A stretch of DNA of 64,000 nucleotides from Bdellovibrionales bacterium (lineage in GTDB: Bacteria; Bdellovibrionota; Bdellovibrionia; Bdellovibrionales; JAGQZY01), in NCBI GenBank assembly GCA_964230645.1, contig CAXRHT010000002.1, positions 1,664,001-1,728,000 on the forward strand, in the 5' to 3' direction. Position numbers and translations under genes: made by a program. Below are positions 9,688 through 21,810 of the stretch, piece after piece. Below the pieces are notes generated by a model. That model was given only the letters and a program-made list of their open reading frames with translations. It ran no database searches and was not told the DNA's origin. Numbering within the stretch: position 1 is the stretch's first letter; each line of letters opens with the position of its first letter.

Positions 9688-10086
9688 GTGACCATGATAG
9701 AGAACACTTATTCGGAAAAAACCCGGGACATCCAAGTGGAAGTTGTCCCCATTTACGTGCCTGACCAAACTCAGTTCGTCGACCAGTATCTTTATACGTA
9801 TAATATCAAGATCACGAACCACTCCCCTAAACCCTGCCAACTTTTAAAACGGCACTGGATCATCGTTGATGGTTTTGGAAGAAAAGAAGAGGTTGAGGGC
9901 GAAGGTGTTGTGGGTGAGCAACCCATTATCGAGCCTGGAGACTCCTATGAGTATTCTAGTTATTGTCCCCTGCCCACACCCACTGGCAATATGAGGGGCT
10001 TTTTTCTTTTCATAGACTCTGACAAAGAGGACTTCTCAGTCAGAGTGCCTGTGTTTTTCCTACGCCAAGACGCCATTGTTCAATAG
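9688..10086 (+). CDS. apaG: ApaG protein
   Basis: YNIKITN, QLLKRHWII, GEGVVGEQP, YEYSS..PTPTGNMRG. Confidence 0.93.
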   Translation: MTMIENTYSEKTRDIQVEVVPIYVPDQTQFVDQYLYTYNIKITNHSPKPCQLLKRHWIIVDGFGRKEEVEGEGVVGEQPIIEPGDSYEYSSYCPLPTPTGNMRGFFLFIDSDKEDFSVRVPVFFLRQDAIVQ

Positions 10087-10104
10087 CTGAAATACGCTCT
10101 CTGA

Positions 10105-12402
<2,298 letters not shown>

Positions 12403-12498
12403 TTTATAATTTTTTTTAATGACCCTGCATGCAAACGAATAATTTGTAGTAATCTAAAATGCTGCTATATCTAAGTTATCCGCTAATAAGGAGGAGAT

Positions 12499-12903
12499 AT
12501 GGCAGCAAAATTCTTTCTTTCTTTTTTAACTTTTTTAACCGTCGCTAGCGCCCAGTCCGCAGGCATTGAAGACCTTAAAAATGAGGTTATAGAAATTGCC
12601 CCTATCCGCTATCAGGTCAGTGACCTATGCCCTCCAGGAGTTTTGTGTGTCACCGACGGCACCCAAGTGGACCTTGAGTACGAATGGCCCTGTGACACAA
12701 AAGTTCTTCGTTTTACTTACAATGTAAAATCCGAAAAAGGGCGCATCCACCTCTATATCGATACGACCATTAGCTATGCTGCCTACGAATCCGATGTCAC
12801 TTGTCAGGGCCTTGTGCGTGAAAATAAAAATATCACCCTTCCCAATCACTACGGGGAAGTGATTTTACATACCACTGCCAATCCTGATCTAGCGACCATC
12901 TAA
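12499..12903 (+). CDS. hypothetical secreted protein
   Basis: AAGGAGG RBS, signal peptide, four Cys. Confidence 0.65.
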   Translation: MAAKFFLSFLTFLTVASAQSAGIEDLKNEVIEIAPIRYQVSDLCPPGVLCVTDGTQVDLEYEWPCDTKVLRFTYNVKSEKGRIHLYIDTTISYAAYESDVTCQGLVRENKNITLPNHYGEVILHTTANPDLATI

Positions 12904-13476
12904 AATCTTTCTAAATGTTAAATTGATTCGAGGTCCCAATGGCCTGGACCTCTTTGGGAGTGAATGCTTCCAATGGTGCTGAGTCTCCCCTCTCATAAGT
13001 AAAAGACTACCGTTTTCAAGCCGGATTTTTTGGGACCACCCCTCACGAGTCGTGTGCTTGATAAGAAAGTCCCTTTCCTCGCCGAAACTCAAGGAGGCAA
13101 TAATGGGATTGTCTCCAAGCTCCTTTTCATTATCACTGTGCCAGCCATTGCTATCTTTTTCGTGCCGATAGAGGTTCAAGAGCACGCTGTTAAATTGCTC
13201 TTTTGTCTCTGTCTCTACCTCATTTTTAATTTTCTTTAAAAGAGGCGTCCAGGGTTCGGGCTCAAGCTTGAGCCCTGAATAGGTGTAACTCAAGCCTGGA
13301 TCAGCGACCCAGCTTACCAGTCTTGGCTGTGGGTGCACTCGACCAAATACCTTCACACTTTCTTGTCGCCACTGAATGGTCGTGTGGAGTTCGGTAAAAA
13401 TATTAGAGGCCATTTTTTCCGGGTAAAAATGGGATTTGTAGTAAAGTTCGCCGTCCCCAGGGAGAAGATTTTCCAT
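12889..13476 (-). CDS. AlkB-family 2OG-Fe(II) dioxygenase
   Basis: NLYR..DSNGWHSDNE, ASLSFG, HSLPK, RINLTFR; start uncertain (13476 or 13494). Confidence 0.9.
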   Translation of the reverse strand: MENLLPGDGELYYKSHFYPEKMASNIFTELHTTIQWRQESVKVFGRVHPQPRLVSWVADPGLSYTYSGLKLEPEPWTPLLKKIKNEVETETKEQFNSVLLNLYRHEKDSNGWHSDNEKELGDNPIIASLSFGEERDFLIKHTTREGWSQKIRLENGSLLLMRGETQHHWKHSLPKRSRPLGPRINLTFRKILDGR

Positions 13477-13606
13477 AGGGAATAGTGTTAGCACTGAATG
13501 GGCATTTGTGACATTTTTTTTGCTAAAAATTAAACCCGATTTTCACAATTTATAAGTTGCTAGAGGTTTTGAAAATTATAGAATTAGGAAAAAGGAGAAA
13601 CACACT

Positions 13607-14002
13607 ATGAAATACTTAGTACTGATTGCTTTTCTTATGACAGGGTCCCTCGCTTTTGGGAAAGCTAAAAGTTGCACGGATTACTCTCAATTTAAAGACG
13701 TTTCAAAAAATGAAATGCAAACGATTGTAAAAAAGAAGAAAGCCACAATTGTTGATGTTAACTCAGAGTCTTCTTTCGAAGACACCCACATTCCCGGAGC
13801 GGTTCATTTTGCTTCCGTCAAAGGTAACTTTTCGAAAGTTCTACCCAAAGACAAGAATGCCATGGTCGTAGCCTATTGCGGCGGTAAAATGTGCACAGCT
13901 TGGCAAAGAGCCGCCAAGATGGCCTGCGAAATGGGTTATAAAAACATCCGTCACTTCAGCGAGGGGATCTCTGGCTGGAAAGCTATGAACAAAAAGGGCT
14001 AA
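13607..14002 (+). CDS. secreted rhodanese-like domain protein
   Basis: IVDV..HIPGA, VAYCGG..C, GISGW; signal peptide. Confidence 0.88.
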   Translation: MKYLVLIAFLMTGSLAFGKAKSCTDYSQFKDVSKNEMQTIVKKKKATIVDVNSESSFEDTHIPGAVHFASVKGNFSKVLPKDKNAMVVAYCGGKMCTAWQRAAKMACEMGYKNIRHFSEGISGWKAMNKKG

Positions 14003-14028
14003 TTCGAGTTCACCCTTTCAATGTTCAG

Positions 14029-14059
14029 AAAAGCCCTGAGTAATCGGGGCTTTTTTTTT
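14029..14059 (+). terminator. intrinsic terminator
   Basis: AAAAGCCCTGA-GTAA-TCGGGGCTTTT followed by more T. Confidence 0.8.
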
Positions 14060-14200
14060 GCTGTCTCATATTGATATTTTTCTTGAGTCAAAGCTGCGCT
14101 AACTCATCGAAATTAGGCCAATACACCGCGACGCATCCACAAAAGGTGCCTGGCACCCAACGGGCATGTAAAATAGAAGTAGGAAAGGTAGGGAGAGCCA

Positions 14201-14830
14201 ATGAGTCTTGCCAGCAAAATCACATGCGTGAGTGTTTTAATTGGGTCCTTTTTGTTGATTCTAGCCACGGGGCGAGTAAACATTCGAAACTTTGAGAAGA
14301 TTCAACACTCCATTGAAGAAATTTATAAAGATCGATTGGTTGTAAAAGGTCTTATCTTCAAACTCTCCTCTCTCCTCCATGAAAAAGAAGTGGCTCTATT
14401 ATCCAATAATAAATCCTTTTTTGTTTCCAACAATGGCAATATCAATGATCAGATCGATCAACACTTAAAAGACTTTCGAGCCACAAAATTAACTACTCAA
14501 GAGGAGTTAACACTCAATCAATTTTCTCGAGGAACAAAGAAATTGCAGAAACTTGAAAAGCAATTGTCCCTTGAGTCCGAAAATTGGCTTACTCCCGAAA
14601 ACTCCAGAAACTTGATTAGCCAAATTGAAACCCTCCGAGCAAAGCTAAAAATTCTCTCAAGTATTCAGTTGTCAGAAGGGGAAAGAAAGCTCACTAACAG
14701 TGAAAAGGCTGTTGAGTCCATGAACCAATTTGAAAGCATTGAAAACTATGCCATGCTTTTTTTAAGCCTTCTCATTGCTGCTTTCATCTTCGCTCCCGGC
14801 CCCAAGAAACAGTTAAAAAAAGAAAATTAG
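14201..14830 (+). CDS. MCP four-helix-bundle sensor-domain protein without signalling domain
   Basis: TM-IYKDRLV...LTTQEE-TM architecture; short basic cytoplasmic tail. Confidence 0.7.
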   Translation: MSLASKITCVSVLIGSFLLILATGRVNIRNFEKIQHSIEEIYKDRLVVKGLIFKLSSLLHEKEVALLSNNKSFFVSNNGNINDQIDQHLKDFRATKLTTQEELTLNQFSRGTKKLQKLEKQLSLESENWLTPENSRNLISQIETLRAKLKILSSIQLSEGERKLTNSEKAVESMNQFESIENYAMLFLSLLIAAFIFAPGPKKQLKKEN

Positions 14831-14963
14831 AAACATATTCCCTAGTCTACGAAATATTAAATGAAAGAATGACTCGACCTTAATCCGGTGTCCCTGCACA
14901 AGAGCTTAAAAAGTTTAGGCCACTGCTGTATCTTTTTCTAATAACTAAGGGGTTTGAGGAATA

Positions 14964-16139
14964 ATGCACATTCTCGCATTTGTAGTTCTAATCTCATCGG
15001 TTTATATTTTTCATCACCACTTCCCTCTTGGACATTCCCTCATTAAGGGTGAAAATAGCTTTGGCGAAAATCTTACTTTTCTTAGTTATTTTTCTATTAG
15101 TTTTTTTTATTTAGGTTACTTTTTAAAAACGCGAAAAAATATACTACTGTATTCTCCCTTATTTCTCTGGTTTTTAATTACAGCTTTAGAAGAAATCAGT
15201 TTTGGACAAAGTCTATTTTTTAAAAACACAAAACTTCTGCAATCAATCAACACACAAGGTGAGCTCAATCTTCACAATCTAAAGTTCATTGAAAACATCT
15301 GGGGTTTAGATGTTATTTACTATTACTTCCCACTGGCCTATATTCTTTTTCTATTTAATCATCATAAATCTTTAGTAATTCGTAACTTAAAGCTACTGCC
15401 GTTTTTTATTCTTCCGTTCTGGGATTCTATCTGGCCAACGGAGATTGAGTATTTTTATGGAGAGATGAGAGAGCTCGTTTTTTCAATGCTCTACTTTTTC
15501 TATATCTACAATGGATACTCAAAGAAACGTCTTCTCAAATGTGTTTTACTTGTAAATATCGTTGTCTCCCTAGGTTTAGCACAACTTTTAAGGGAAGGGG
15601 TGGTTTCTGTAGGATCATTGAAATCATTTGAACACAGGCGTTTCACCCAAGATCGAACCATTGCACCAGTACTTAGAGCTCAAAAAATTGTGGACAATGA
15701 AAGAGTCACAACAAAACTTAGATTTTTTATCCAACAAAAAGAGATCTCTGAATCAGACAAGAAAATTTTATCTGATCTTTATGAAAGTTTAATAGAATCT
15801 GATGACCTGCATGAACATCTACTAGCCACAACAACGCTCAAACTTCTAAATCAACAAACAAGCTTTCTGGAACTTTCCAAACAAATAATAGCCAGAACAA
15901 GTGGCAAAGAAGATCTCCCCTCTATCTTGGCTCAAATTTTAGCCACCCATAACCTAGGTACCAAAGCCGAGTTCACTACGATCAAAGAAAGGGCAAAGGT
16001 CCTAATAAATAAGGGCAATTTTTCGGCACGGAAAAGTCGTTTTATGGAGGAAAATTTGAAGTCAATTGATAGATACCAATCGGTTTCGCCCGGACACCTC
16101 ATTCTTTATATTAGAGATCCCTTCTATCGAATTCGCTGA
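14964..16139 (+). CDS. hypothetical multi-pass membrane protein
   Basis: Several TM segments with LEEISFGQ..N.QGELNLHN motif and a helical C-terminal domain; visibly AT-rich. Confidence 0.6.
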   Translation: MHILAFVVLISSVYIFHHHFPLGHSLIKGENSFGENLTFLSYFSISFFYLGYFLKTRKNILLYSPLFLWFLITALEEISFGQSLFFKNTKLLQSINTQGELNLHNLKFIENIWGLDVIYYYFPLAYILFLFNHHKSLVIRNLKLLPFFILPFWDSIWPTEIEYFYGEMRELVFSMLYFFYIYNGYSKKRLLKCVLLVNIVVSLGLAQLLREGVVSVGSLKSFEHRRFTQDRTIAPVLRAQKIVDNERVTTKLRFFIQQKEISESDKKILSDLYESLIESDDLHEHLLATTTLKLLNQQTSFLELSKQIIARTSGKEDLPSILAQILATHNLGTKAEFTTIKERAKVLINKGNFSARKSRFMEENLKSIDRYQSVSPGHLILYIRDPFYRIR

Positions 16140-16268
16140 AGGAATAAAGCATCTTTTTTGGCGCTAAAGACATTTATTTAAAAAGTAAAAGTGAACCTCT
16201 TTTGATCTTAAGTCAAAATCCCCGACTTTGGGACTGTGCTGTTTTGAGGCGAATTGGCCGATAAGTAA

Positions 16269-18512
16269 TTGATGAGTTTCAAGTTTTCTGACAATAAGGT
16301 CATTGTAGGACTAATCATTGCCTTGGCATTACAAATAGTGATTTTGTTTTGGCATTTAGGCTGGATTCCGCTTTTTTCCTCTCAATCTATGAGTGAGGGG
16401 AAAGAGGCTGGCTATGTAGACTCACTCGACAACACCCTCAAGAAACGACCTATAAACAATTTGATTTGGACAAGGGCCAACGAAAAAGAAAAGGTCTATT
16501 TTCACGATTCTCTCCTAACCCTTAGCCAGAGTCAGGCGAGCGTTCATCTTGATAATGGTACTGAGATCAAACTCTCTGAAAACACCCTTATTACCATTGA
16601 ACCTCCCTCCCAAGATTCCCCAGAGGAAATCAAAATCCAATTTTCTAAAGGACATTTGCAAACTCGCAATCCGTTCAAAAAGTCTCAAATCAAAGATGAA
16701 CAGATGACTTTAAGCATTAAAAAAGACAGCCAGGTCGACTTTAGTAAAAATGAGAAAGGAGACTATGAAGTGGTTGTTAAAAAAGGAGAGGCCCAGGTTC
16801 TTACTCCAAAGGCTGAAGAAACTTTATTACAAAACCAAGTCTTAACTTTTTCCAAAGACAAAGTTCTAAAGAAAATGGAAATTGATATAACACTCACCTG
16901 GAAAGGTGGTAAAAAAGATCGCTTCTATACTCATGACAAAAGCTCTCGTGTTGAGCTTTTCTGGAAAGGGAAGGCCGATGAACTTATCTTAAAAACTAAG
17001 AAGGGAATTTTCAAAAGAATTAGCGTTGATTCCTCGCTTGAGAAAAAAAGTTTTCAATTGCCCCTTGGAGACTATCAGGCCTTATTAAAAAAGGAGAGTC
17101 GACAGAGTTTACGAAAAGCAGTGGAAGTTCGCCAAGCGCCTGTAATTCACCTCTTAAGACCAAGACCGAGAGACCGAGTAAGGATCGGAAAGGTTGGTTT
17201 TCAGTGGGAAGAAGCGGAGAATGTAAAAGCCTACGAGCTACAACTAAAAGGCGAGCAAACAAACAAACAAATAAAAGTAGGGAGTTCCACTCAAGAGGTC
17301 ACTCTTGAAAAAGAGGACTTCCTCGATTGGGAAGTTTGGGGAATAGATAAGGAGGGCTTTAAGGTACCACCTCCCTATTCCTACCCTCTTTATATAAGAA
17401 AGAGTCTTTTCGCACCCCCGAAAACAAAAAAACCAAAGACTATCAAAAAACGTCAAGGAGCTTGGTACGATTGGATTTTCCCCCCTCTTTATGCAGAAAC
17501 TCCAGAAGTCGCTCTTTTAAGCTGGGAGAAAATTGAGTTTGCTGAGATTTACACAGTTGAAATCTCAACATCTAAAACTTTTAGGGAACTCGTCCACAAG
17601 GTTGAAGTCTCAAAAAACCGTTATGAGTTTAAAGAGGCTACGAAAGATCAAACTTATTACTGGCGAGTGGCTGCCGGTGACAGGCAAGGAAACATGGGTG
17701 CTTTTTCCGAGCCGGCTATAGTTAGCTGGGTAAGCATTGAGGAGCCCAAGCCTAAACTTCATCGAAAGAAAGCGGTTAAAACCAAAAAGAAACCAATCCC
17801 CCTAAAAACGAGTCGAAAAAAAGAGGAGAAAGCAAAAAAGACCTCTCCTCAAGCAAAACCAAATAAAATATCGAGAACTAAAGAAGCTAATACTAAAAAG
17901 AAACAAAGCATTCCGTCTAAAGACATTCTGAAGTCTATTTATGTCGCTTACACTCCTCAATATAGCTTAAAACAGTATCAAATGCCTTTAAATACAAGGT
18001 CCTATATTCAAGGCCCAACCACTCTTTCTTTCACGACCCAGTTTAATTTTTCATTGACCGCTAATTTTGATGCTTATCTCCTGGCTAAGTTTGACCAAAG
18101 TGAATATCAACCCACACAAGAAAGCCCCTTTCAAGGCAATATTAAAAGTCGACGTCTGCAAGGTCTTTTGGGAATTGAATCCAAACACAACAAATGGGGA
18201 CTGGCCGCCTTTGTCGCTGATCTGCCGATATCATCGCGTGTAGGTTTTGAGGAAATCACTCTCAATCAATCCCTAGCCTACGGAGCACTTGGTTCTTATC
18301 AGGCCACTCTTTGGGGCTTTGATTATTTTGGTCTATTCGGCCCTAGTTTTACCAACTCGTTTGTGGGAGGCTATACCAGTCATCGTTTCCTCTACCCTGT
18401 CTTTTATGAATCTTTAAAGTTGGGTTGGGAGCTTGAAGGGTTTTACCATACAGAGGGCTCGCAGAGTTCCACGATTTTCAATTTTAACATTCATCTCGGT
18501 TGGGAGTTTTAA
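16269..18512 (+). CDS. FecR-like/FN3 multidomain envelope protein
   Basis: N-terminal TM, FecR-like DSLLT..NGTEIKLSENTLI, FN3-like YYWRVAA, Lys-rich linker, C-terminal beta-rich region ending LGWEF. Confidence 0.65.
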   Translation: MMSFKFSDNKVIVGLIIALALQIVILFWHLGWIPLFSSQSMSEGKEAGYVDSLDNTLKKRPINNLIWTRANEKEKVYFHDSLLTLSQSQASVHLDNGTEIKLSENTLITIEPPSQDSPEEIKIQFSKGHLQTRNPFKKSQIKDEQMTLSIKKDSQVDFSKNEKGDYEVVVKKGEAQVLTPKAEETLLQNQVLTFSKDKVLKKMEIDITLTWKGGKKDRFYTHDKSSRVELFWKGKADELILKTKKGIFKRISVDSSLEKKSFQLPLGDYQALLKKESRQSLRKAVEVRQAPVIHLLRPRPRDRVRIGKVGFQWEEAENVKAYELQLKGEQTNKQIKVGSSTQEVTLEKEDFLDWEVWGIDKEGFKVPPPYSYPLYIRKSLFAPPKTKKPKTIKKRQGAWYDWIFPPLYAETPEVALLSWEKIEFAEIYTVEISTSKTFRELVHKVEVSKNRYEFKEATKDQTYYWRVAAGDRQGNMGAFSEPAIVSWVSIEEPKPKLHRKKAVKTKKKPIPLKTSRKKEEKAKKTSPQAKPNKISRTKEANTKKKQSIPSKDILKSIYVAYTPQYSLKQYQMPLNTRSYIQGPTTLSFTTQFNFSLTANFDAYLLAKFDQSEYQPTQESPFQGNIKSRRLQGLLGIESKHNKWGLAAFVADLPISSRVGFEEITLNQSLAYGALGSYQATLWGFDYFGLFGPSFTNSFVGGYTSHRFLYPVFYESLKLGWELEGFYHTEGSQSSTIFNFNIHLGWEF

Positions 18513-20104
18513 TTTTTTTGCTTTTTGAGCTGTCTTGATAGACCGAAGACGACAACCATAGGCAATAGAAGAAAAATAAAGAAAGCTCCCGTGGGTGGTT
18601 TGGTATTTTTCACCCTCCCGCAACCGGCAGCTTCAAAATCAAATTGGGTTCTGTTCCCAGGCTCATAAAGAATATTGACACTCTCAATGGTAGCTGGATT
18701 ATTGGCATCTACGGATTCAATAAAGACTCGCGCTTTTAAGTACCGTTTCCTTTTGAGTCTTGAAAGATCTGTGGTCCACCCTGTGTCATCATTTTCGAAA
18801 TTGTCCTCACTCCCTGAAACTTCCCAACTTACTTCAGATGAGGAGGGAAGAACCTGAACAGCTTGAATATCTGTCAATGTGTTTTGTAAATCAAAAGTTA
18901 TAGACTCAGCACTTTGCCTGTTGGTGGAATATTCAACCACACCAGGTGCAATGGTTTGCTCAGCCGGTTGATAAAACCCCCCGCCTTCAAGGTTATAGCC
19001 AACGCTTGAAAACCAGTTACGAGCGCGGCCTCCGTTGCCTCCAGAGTCAGTGCCATTGCTTCCACCAATTCCTGCTTGAGAGATCACAACCCCTCCAGCC
19101 ACATTGTTATAAATTTCAATGTTTCGACCAGCTAAAACTTGCACAGAGCCAGCACCGCCTCCGCCACCTGCTCCACCGCTTGTAGCTGTTGAGTTTCCAC
19201 CATCGCCACCATTAACTCGGATGAGCCCATAATTAGACGAAGGAGCTTCTCCAATAAATACATCTTGAACAGCGTGAAGAACCACTAGTCCTCCACCTCC
19301 GCCTCCACCAGCACCCGGCTGAGTTCCAAGGCCCGAGGCACCACCGCCTCCTCCGGCTGAGCCGAACATATTATCAAACCCTGGATCACTCAGCGTCGGA
19401 CCCGCTAAGCCAAAAGGAGAAAGGGCCGTATCAGCATTCGTGGCAGGGCTTGAGTCATTCCAAGAAGCTCCTCCTCCACCATCCATCGCTGCGCTACTGG
19501 AACTTCCCCTTTTACCACCTTCTAAAACAACAACGAAATTATCATCATTATCTAAATATCCAACATTTACTCCGTTCTCGGCGTCCTCTAGATTTGTTCC
19601 CCCATTTCCTCCGCGAGTGCCACCACAGCGACCGGCCCCACCTTCTCCAGGGGCAGCCAGGGTGGCATCCTCACCGTTTTCACCGTGACACCATATTTCA
19701 CCCATAATTTGAATATTGGTTTGCGATTGTATGACCAGGGGTTGATTTCCAATCACTTCAAGAATCCAACCTTGTGCTAAAACAAAATTTGTTACTTGCA
19801 TTGGAGTAAAACGACTAGAATCCAACCTAATTCGGTTTCCTGAAAGATCGCCATCCACACTAAATTGTGAGTAGTTGGCTGGTACAAAAGCTCCATGACG
19901 TCCGTCACCCACCTGCAAAGAAAATTCATTGGCTCCACTATAATTCACAGCCTTTAGGGTCGGGTGAACAAATCCAAGAGCCTGGTTCAATACCAGTTGT
20001 GTGTTTTCTGCTCTGACTTGACTGGGGTTTGTTATTTCCCAGCTTTTTACGGCCGCGTGAAGTGGCTGAATTATGAAAAAAGCAATGAGAAATAAATATT
20101 TCAT
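18509..20104 (-). CDS. secreted glycine-rich surface protein with C-terminal Cys-TM anchor
   Basis: Signal peptide; GGAGGGGG repeats alternating with beta strands; C-terminal AAGCG + TM + basic tail. Confidence 0.75.
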   Translation of the reverse strand: MKYLFLIAFFIIQPLHAAVKSWEITNPSQVRAENTQLVLNQALGFVHPTLKAVNYSGANEFSLQVGDGRHGAFVPANYSQFSVDGDLSGNRIRLDSSRFTPMQVTNFVLAQGWILEVIGNQPLVIQSQTNIQIMGEIWCHGENGEDATLAAPGEGGAGRCGGTRGGNGGTNLEDAENGVNVGYLDNDDNFVVVLEGGKRGSSSSAAMDGGGGASWNDSSPATNADTALSPFGLAGPTLSDPGFDNMFGSAGGGGGASGLGTQPGAGGGGGGGLVVLHAVQDVFIGEAPSSNYGLIRVNGGDGGNSTATSGGAGGGGGAGSVQVLAGRNIEIYNNVAGGVVISQAGIGGSNGTDSGGNGGRARNWFSSVGYNLEGGGFYQPAEQTIAPGVVEYSTNRQSAESITFDLQNTLTDIQAVQVLPSSSEVSWEVSGSEDNFENDDTGWTTDLSRLKRKRYLKARVFIESVDANNPATIESVNILYEPGNRTQFDFEAAGCGRVKNTKPPTGAFFIFLLLPMVVVFGLSRQLKKQKN

Positions 20105-20544
20105 GCCGATTCTTTTTTTCCTTTGGGCTCGCCAAAAAGGACAGTAATTACCTTTTTTCTTAAAACTTCGGATTGAAATGGTTTAACTATATAGGCATCG
20201 ACGTTGTACTTAGCGGCCTGAGAAATCTTAAGACGCTCTTGAGTTTGCTGAGCGGTAACCATAATAAACGGCATGTTTTTATATTCCTCAGCACCACGGA
20301 CCGCCCTTAATAAAGTCAGTCCATCGGCGACAGGCATATCCCAATCACATAGAACGAGGGAAACTTCCTGAGAGGAGTCTTTGATTTTCTTAAAACCCTC
20401 GACACCATTGGATGCATGTAGGAAACGTTGAAAACCTAAACCGCGAAGATTTTGGACGATAATATCTCGGATAAGCTTATCATCATCGACGATTAATACG
20501 GTCATTTCGCGAATCTTTGAAGTATTCACATTCAAATCATCCAT
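20101..20544 (-). CDS. single-domain CheY-like response regulator
   Basis: VLIVDDD, LCDWDMP, MVTA, YIVKPF. Confidence 0.93.
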   Translation of the reverse strand: MDDLNVNTSKIREMTVLIVDDDKLIRDIIVQNLRGLGFQRFLHASNGVEGFKKIKDSSQEVSLVLCDWDMPVADGLTLLRAVRGAEEYKNMPFIMVTAQQTQERLKISQAAKYNVDAYIVKPFQSEVLRKKVITVLFGEPKGKKESA

Positions 20545-21810
20545 TTAGACCTCCCTCATCTGAGGTATTGATATATCAATTTGCAATCCCCCTTCGGGGT
20601 GGTTTGAAATTTTAAATTCACCTTGATGATCAATTTCTACAATCTCTTTACAGATCGCCAGTCCCAAACCACTTCCTTCAGCCCCTTTCGTTGTAAAAAG
20701 AGGTTCTTGTACTTTTTCTAAAAGGTTTTCTGGCACACCCGGACCCGTATCTCTAATGGAGATATGAGCCACAGAATCTGTTTCCTTTAACGAAAGTTCA
20801 ATGTCCCCCCCTTGGGGAAGTGCGTGAATAGAATTAATAAAAAGATTAGCGAAAACCTGAATGAGGGAGTTTTTTTCCACTTCACAGGAACATTTCTGCC
20901 ACTCTTTTTTGGTGACATTGATTCTATGACGACGAAAACGAAACTCCATCAGTTCGAGAGCCTCGTCAAAAATGTTCTGGAGATTTTCTATTCGATACTC
21001 TTTGGCGGCTTCTTCTGAATGATTGAGATTACGAAAGCTTTTTAGTACAGAAGCGGCCGTTTGGCCCGCTTTCAAGATGATATCAAGAGACTTTTTAACT
21101 TCCTCTGAATTATCAGAGGATTGCGCAATTTCAGTGTGACCAATAATGTGAGTTAACAGGTTTCCAAACTCATGGGCGACACTTCTTCCAATCGCAGCAA
21201 TAGCATTATGCTTTTCGCTCGCTAATAAAAGTTGATGAGCCACATCCAGTCGTTCGGCTTGCCACTCCTTGAGCCTATTGAGATCCCAAAGACTTGTCAC
21301 ATTTCTTGCCTTCTGTAATATCTCACCGTCGGAAAAAGGTTTATTAACATAATCCCACCTTTCTCTAGACTCCTCTCCAAGAAAGGTACCAATAGAGTCC
21401 ACGCTACGGTCGTGATAAGCGGTAACAAAAACGGCGTACAAATTGGGGTCAACGGCAAAGACCTCTTTAACAAGCTCAATACCATCAATATCAGCCCCGA
21501 GCATCACATCAAAAAATCCCATGGCAAATGGATCATCCTCTTTTACGGCCTTTTTTATCTCGGCAATAGCTTCCGAAGGAGAATGGACCACGACCACTTC
21601 AAATTCGCTTTTTGCTGTTTGCTCATCCTGCTTTTTTCGACGAGAGGAACGAAATTTCACCACATTGCTATCTTGAGGAGAAAGAATTTGTTGAATACCT
21701 TTGGCAATTTCAGGCTCGTCATCGACGACAAGTATGCGTCGATTGGGAACCGGGGAATTGACCGGGATCAGATTTTTTTGATCTTTTAAGAGCTTGGCTG
21801 CGTTAGTCAT
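20545..21810 (-). CDS. cytoplasmic hybrid receiver-histidine kinase
   Basis: Receiver (ILVVDDE, FFDVML, NKPF); H box VAHEFGN; NLFINSIHA, DTGPGV, FTTK, GSGLGL. Confidence 0.92.
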   Translation of the reverse strand: MTNAAKLLKDQKNLIPVNSPVPNRRILVVDDEPEIAKGIQQILSPQDSNVVKFRSSRRKKQDEQTAKSEFEVVVVHSPSEAIAEIKKAVKEDDPFAMGFFDVMLGADIDGIELVKEVFAVDPNLYAVFVTAYHDRSVDSIGTFLGEESRERWDYVNKPFSDGEILQKARNVTSLWDLNRLKEWQAERLDVAHQLLLASEKHNAIAAIGRSVAHEFGNLLTHIIGHTEIAQSSDNSEEVKKSLDIILKAGQTAASVLKSFRNLNHSEEAAKEYRIENLQNIFDEALELMEFRFRRHRINVTKKEWQKCSCEVEKNSLIQVFANLFINSIHALPQGGDIELSLKETDSVAHISIRDTGPGVPENLLEKVQEPLFTTKGAEGSGLGLAICKEIVEIDHQGEFKISNHPEGGLQIDISIPQMREV

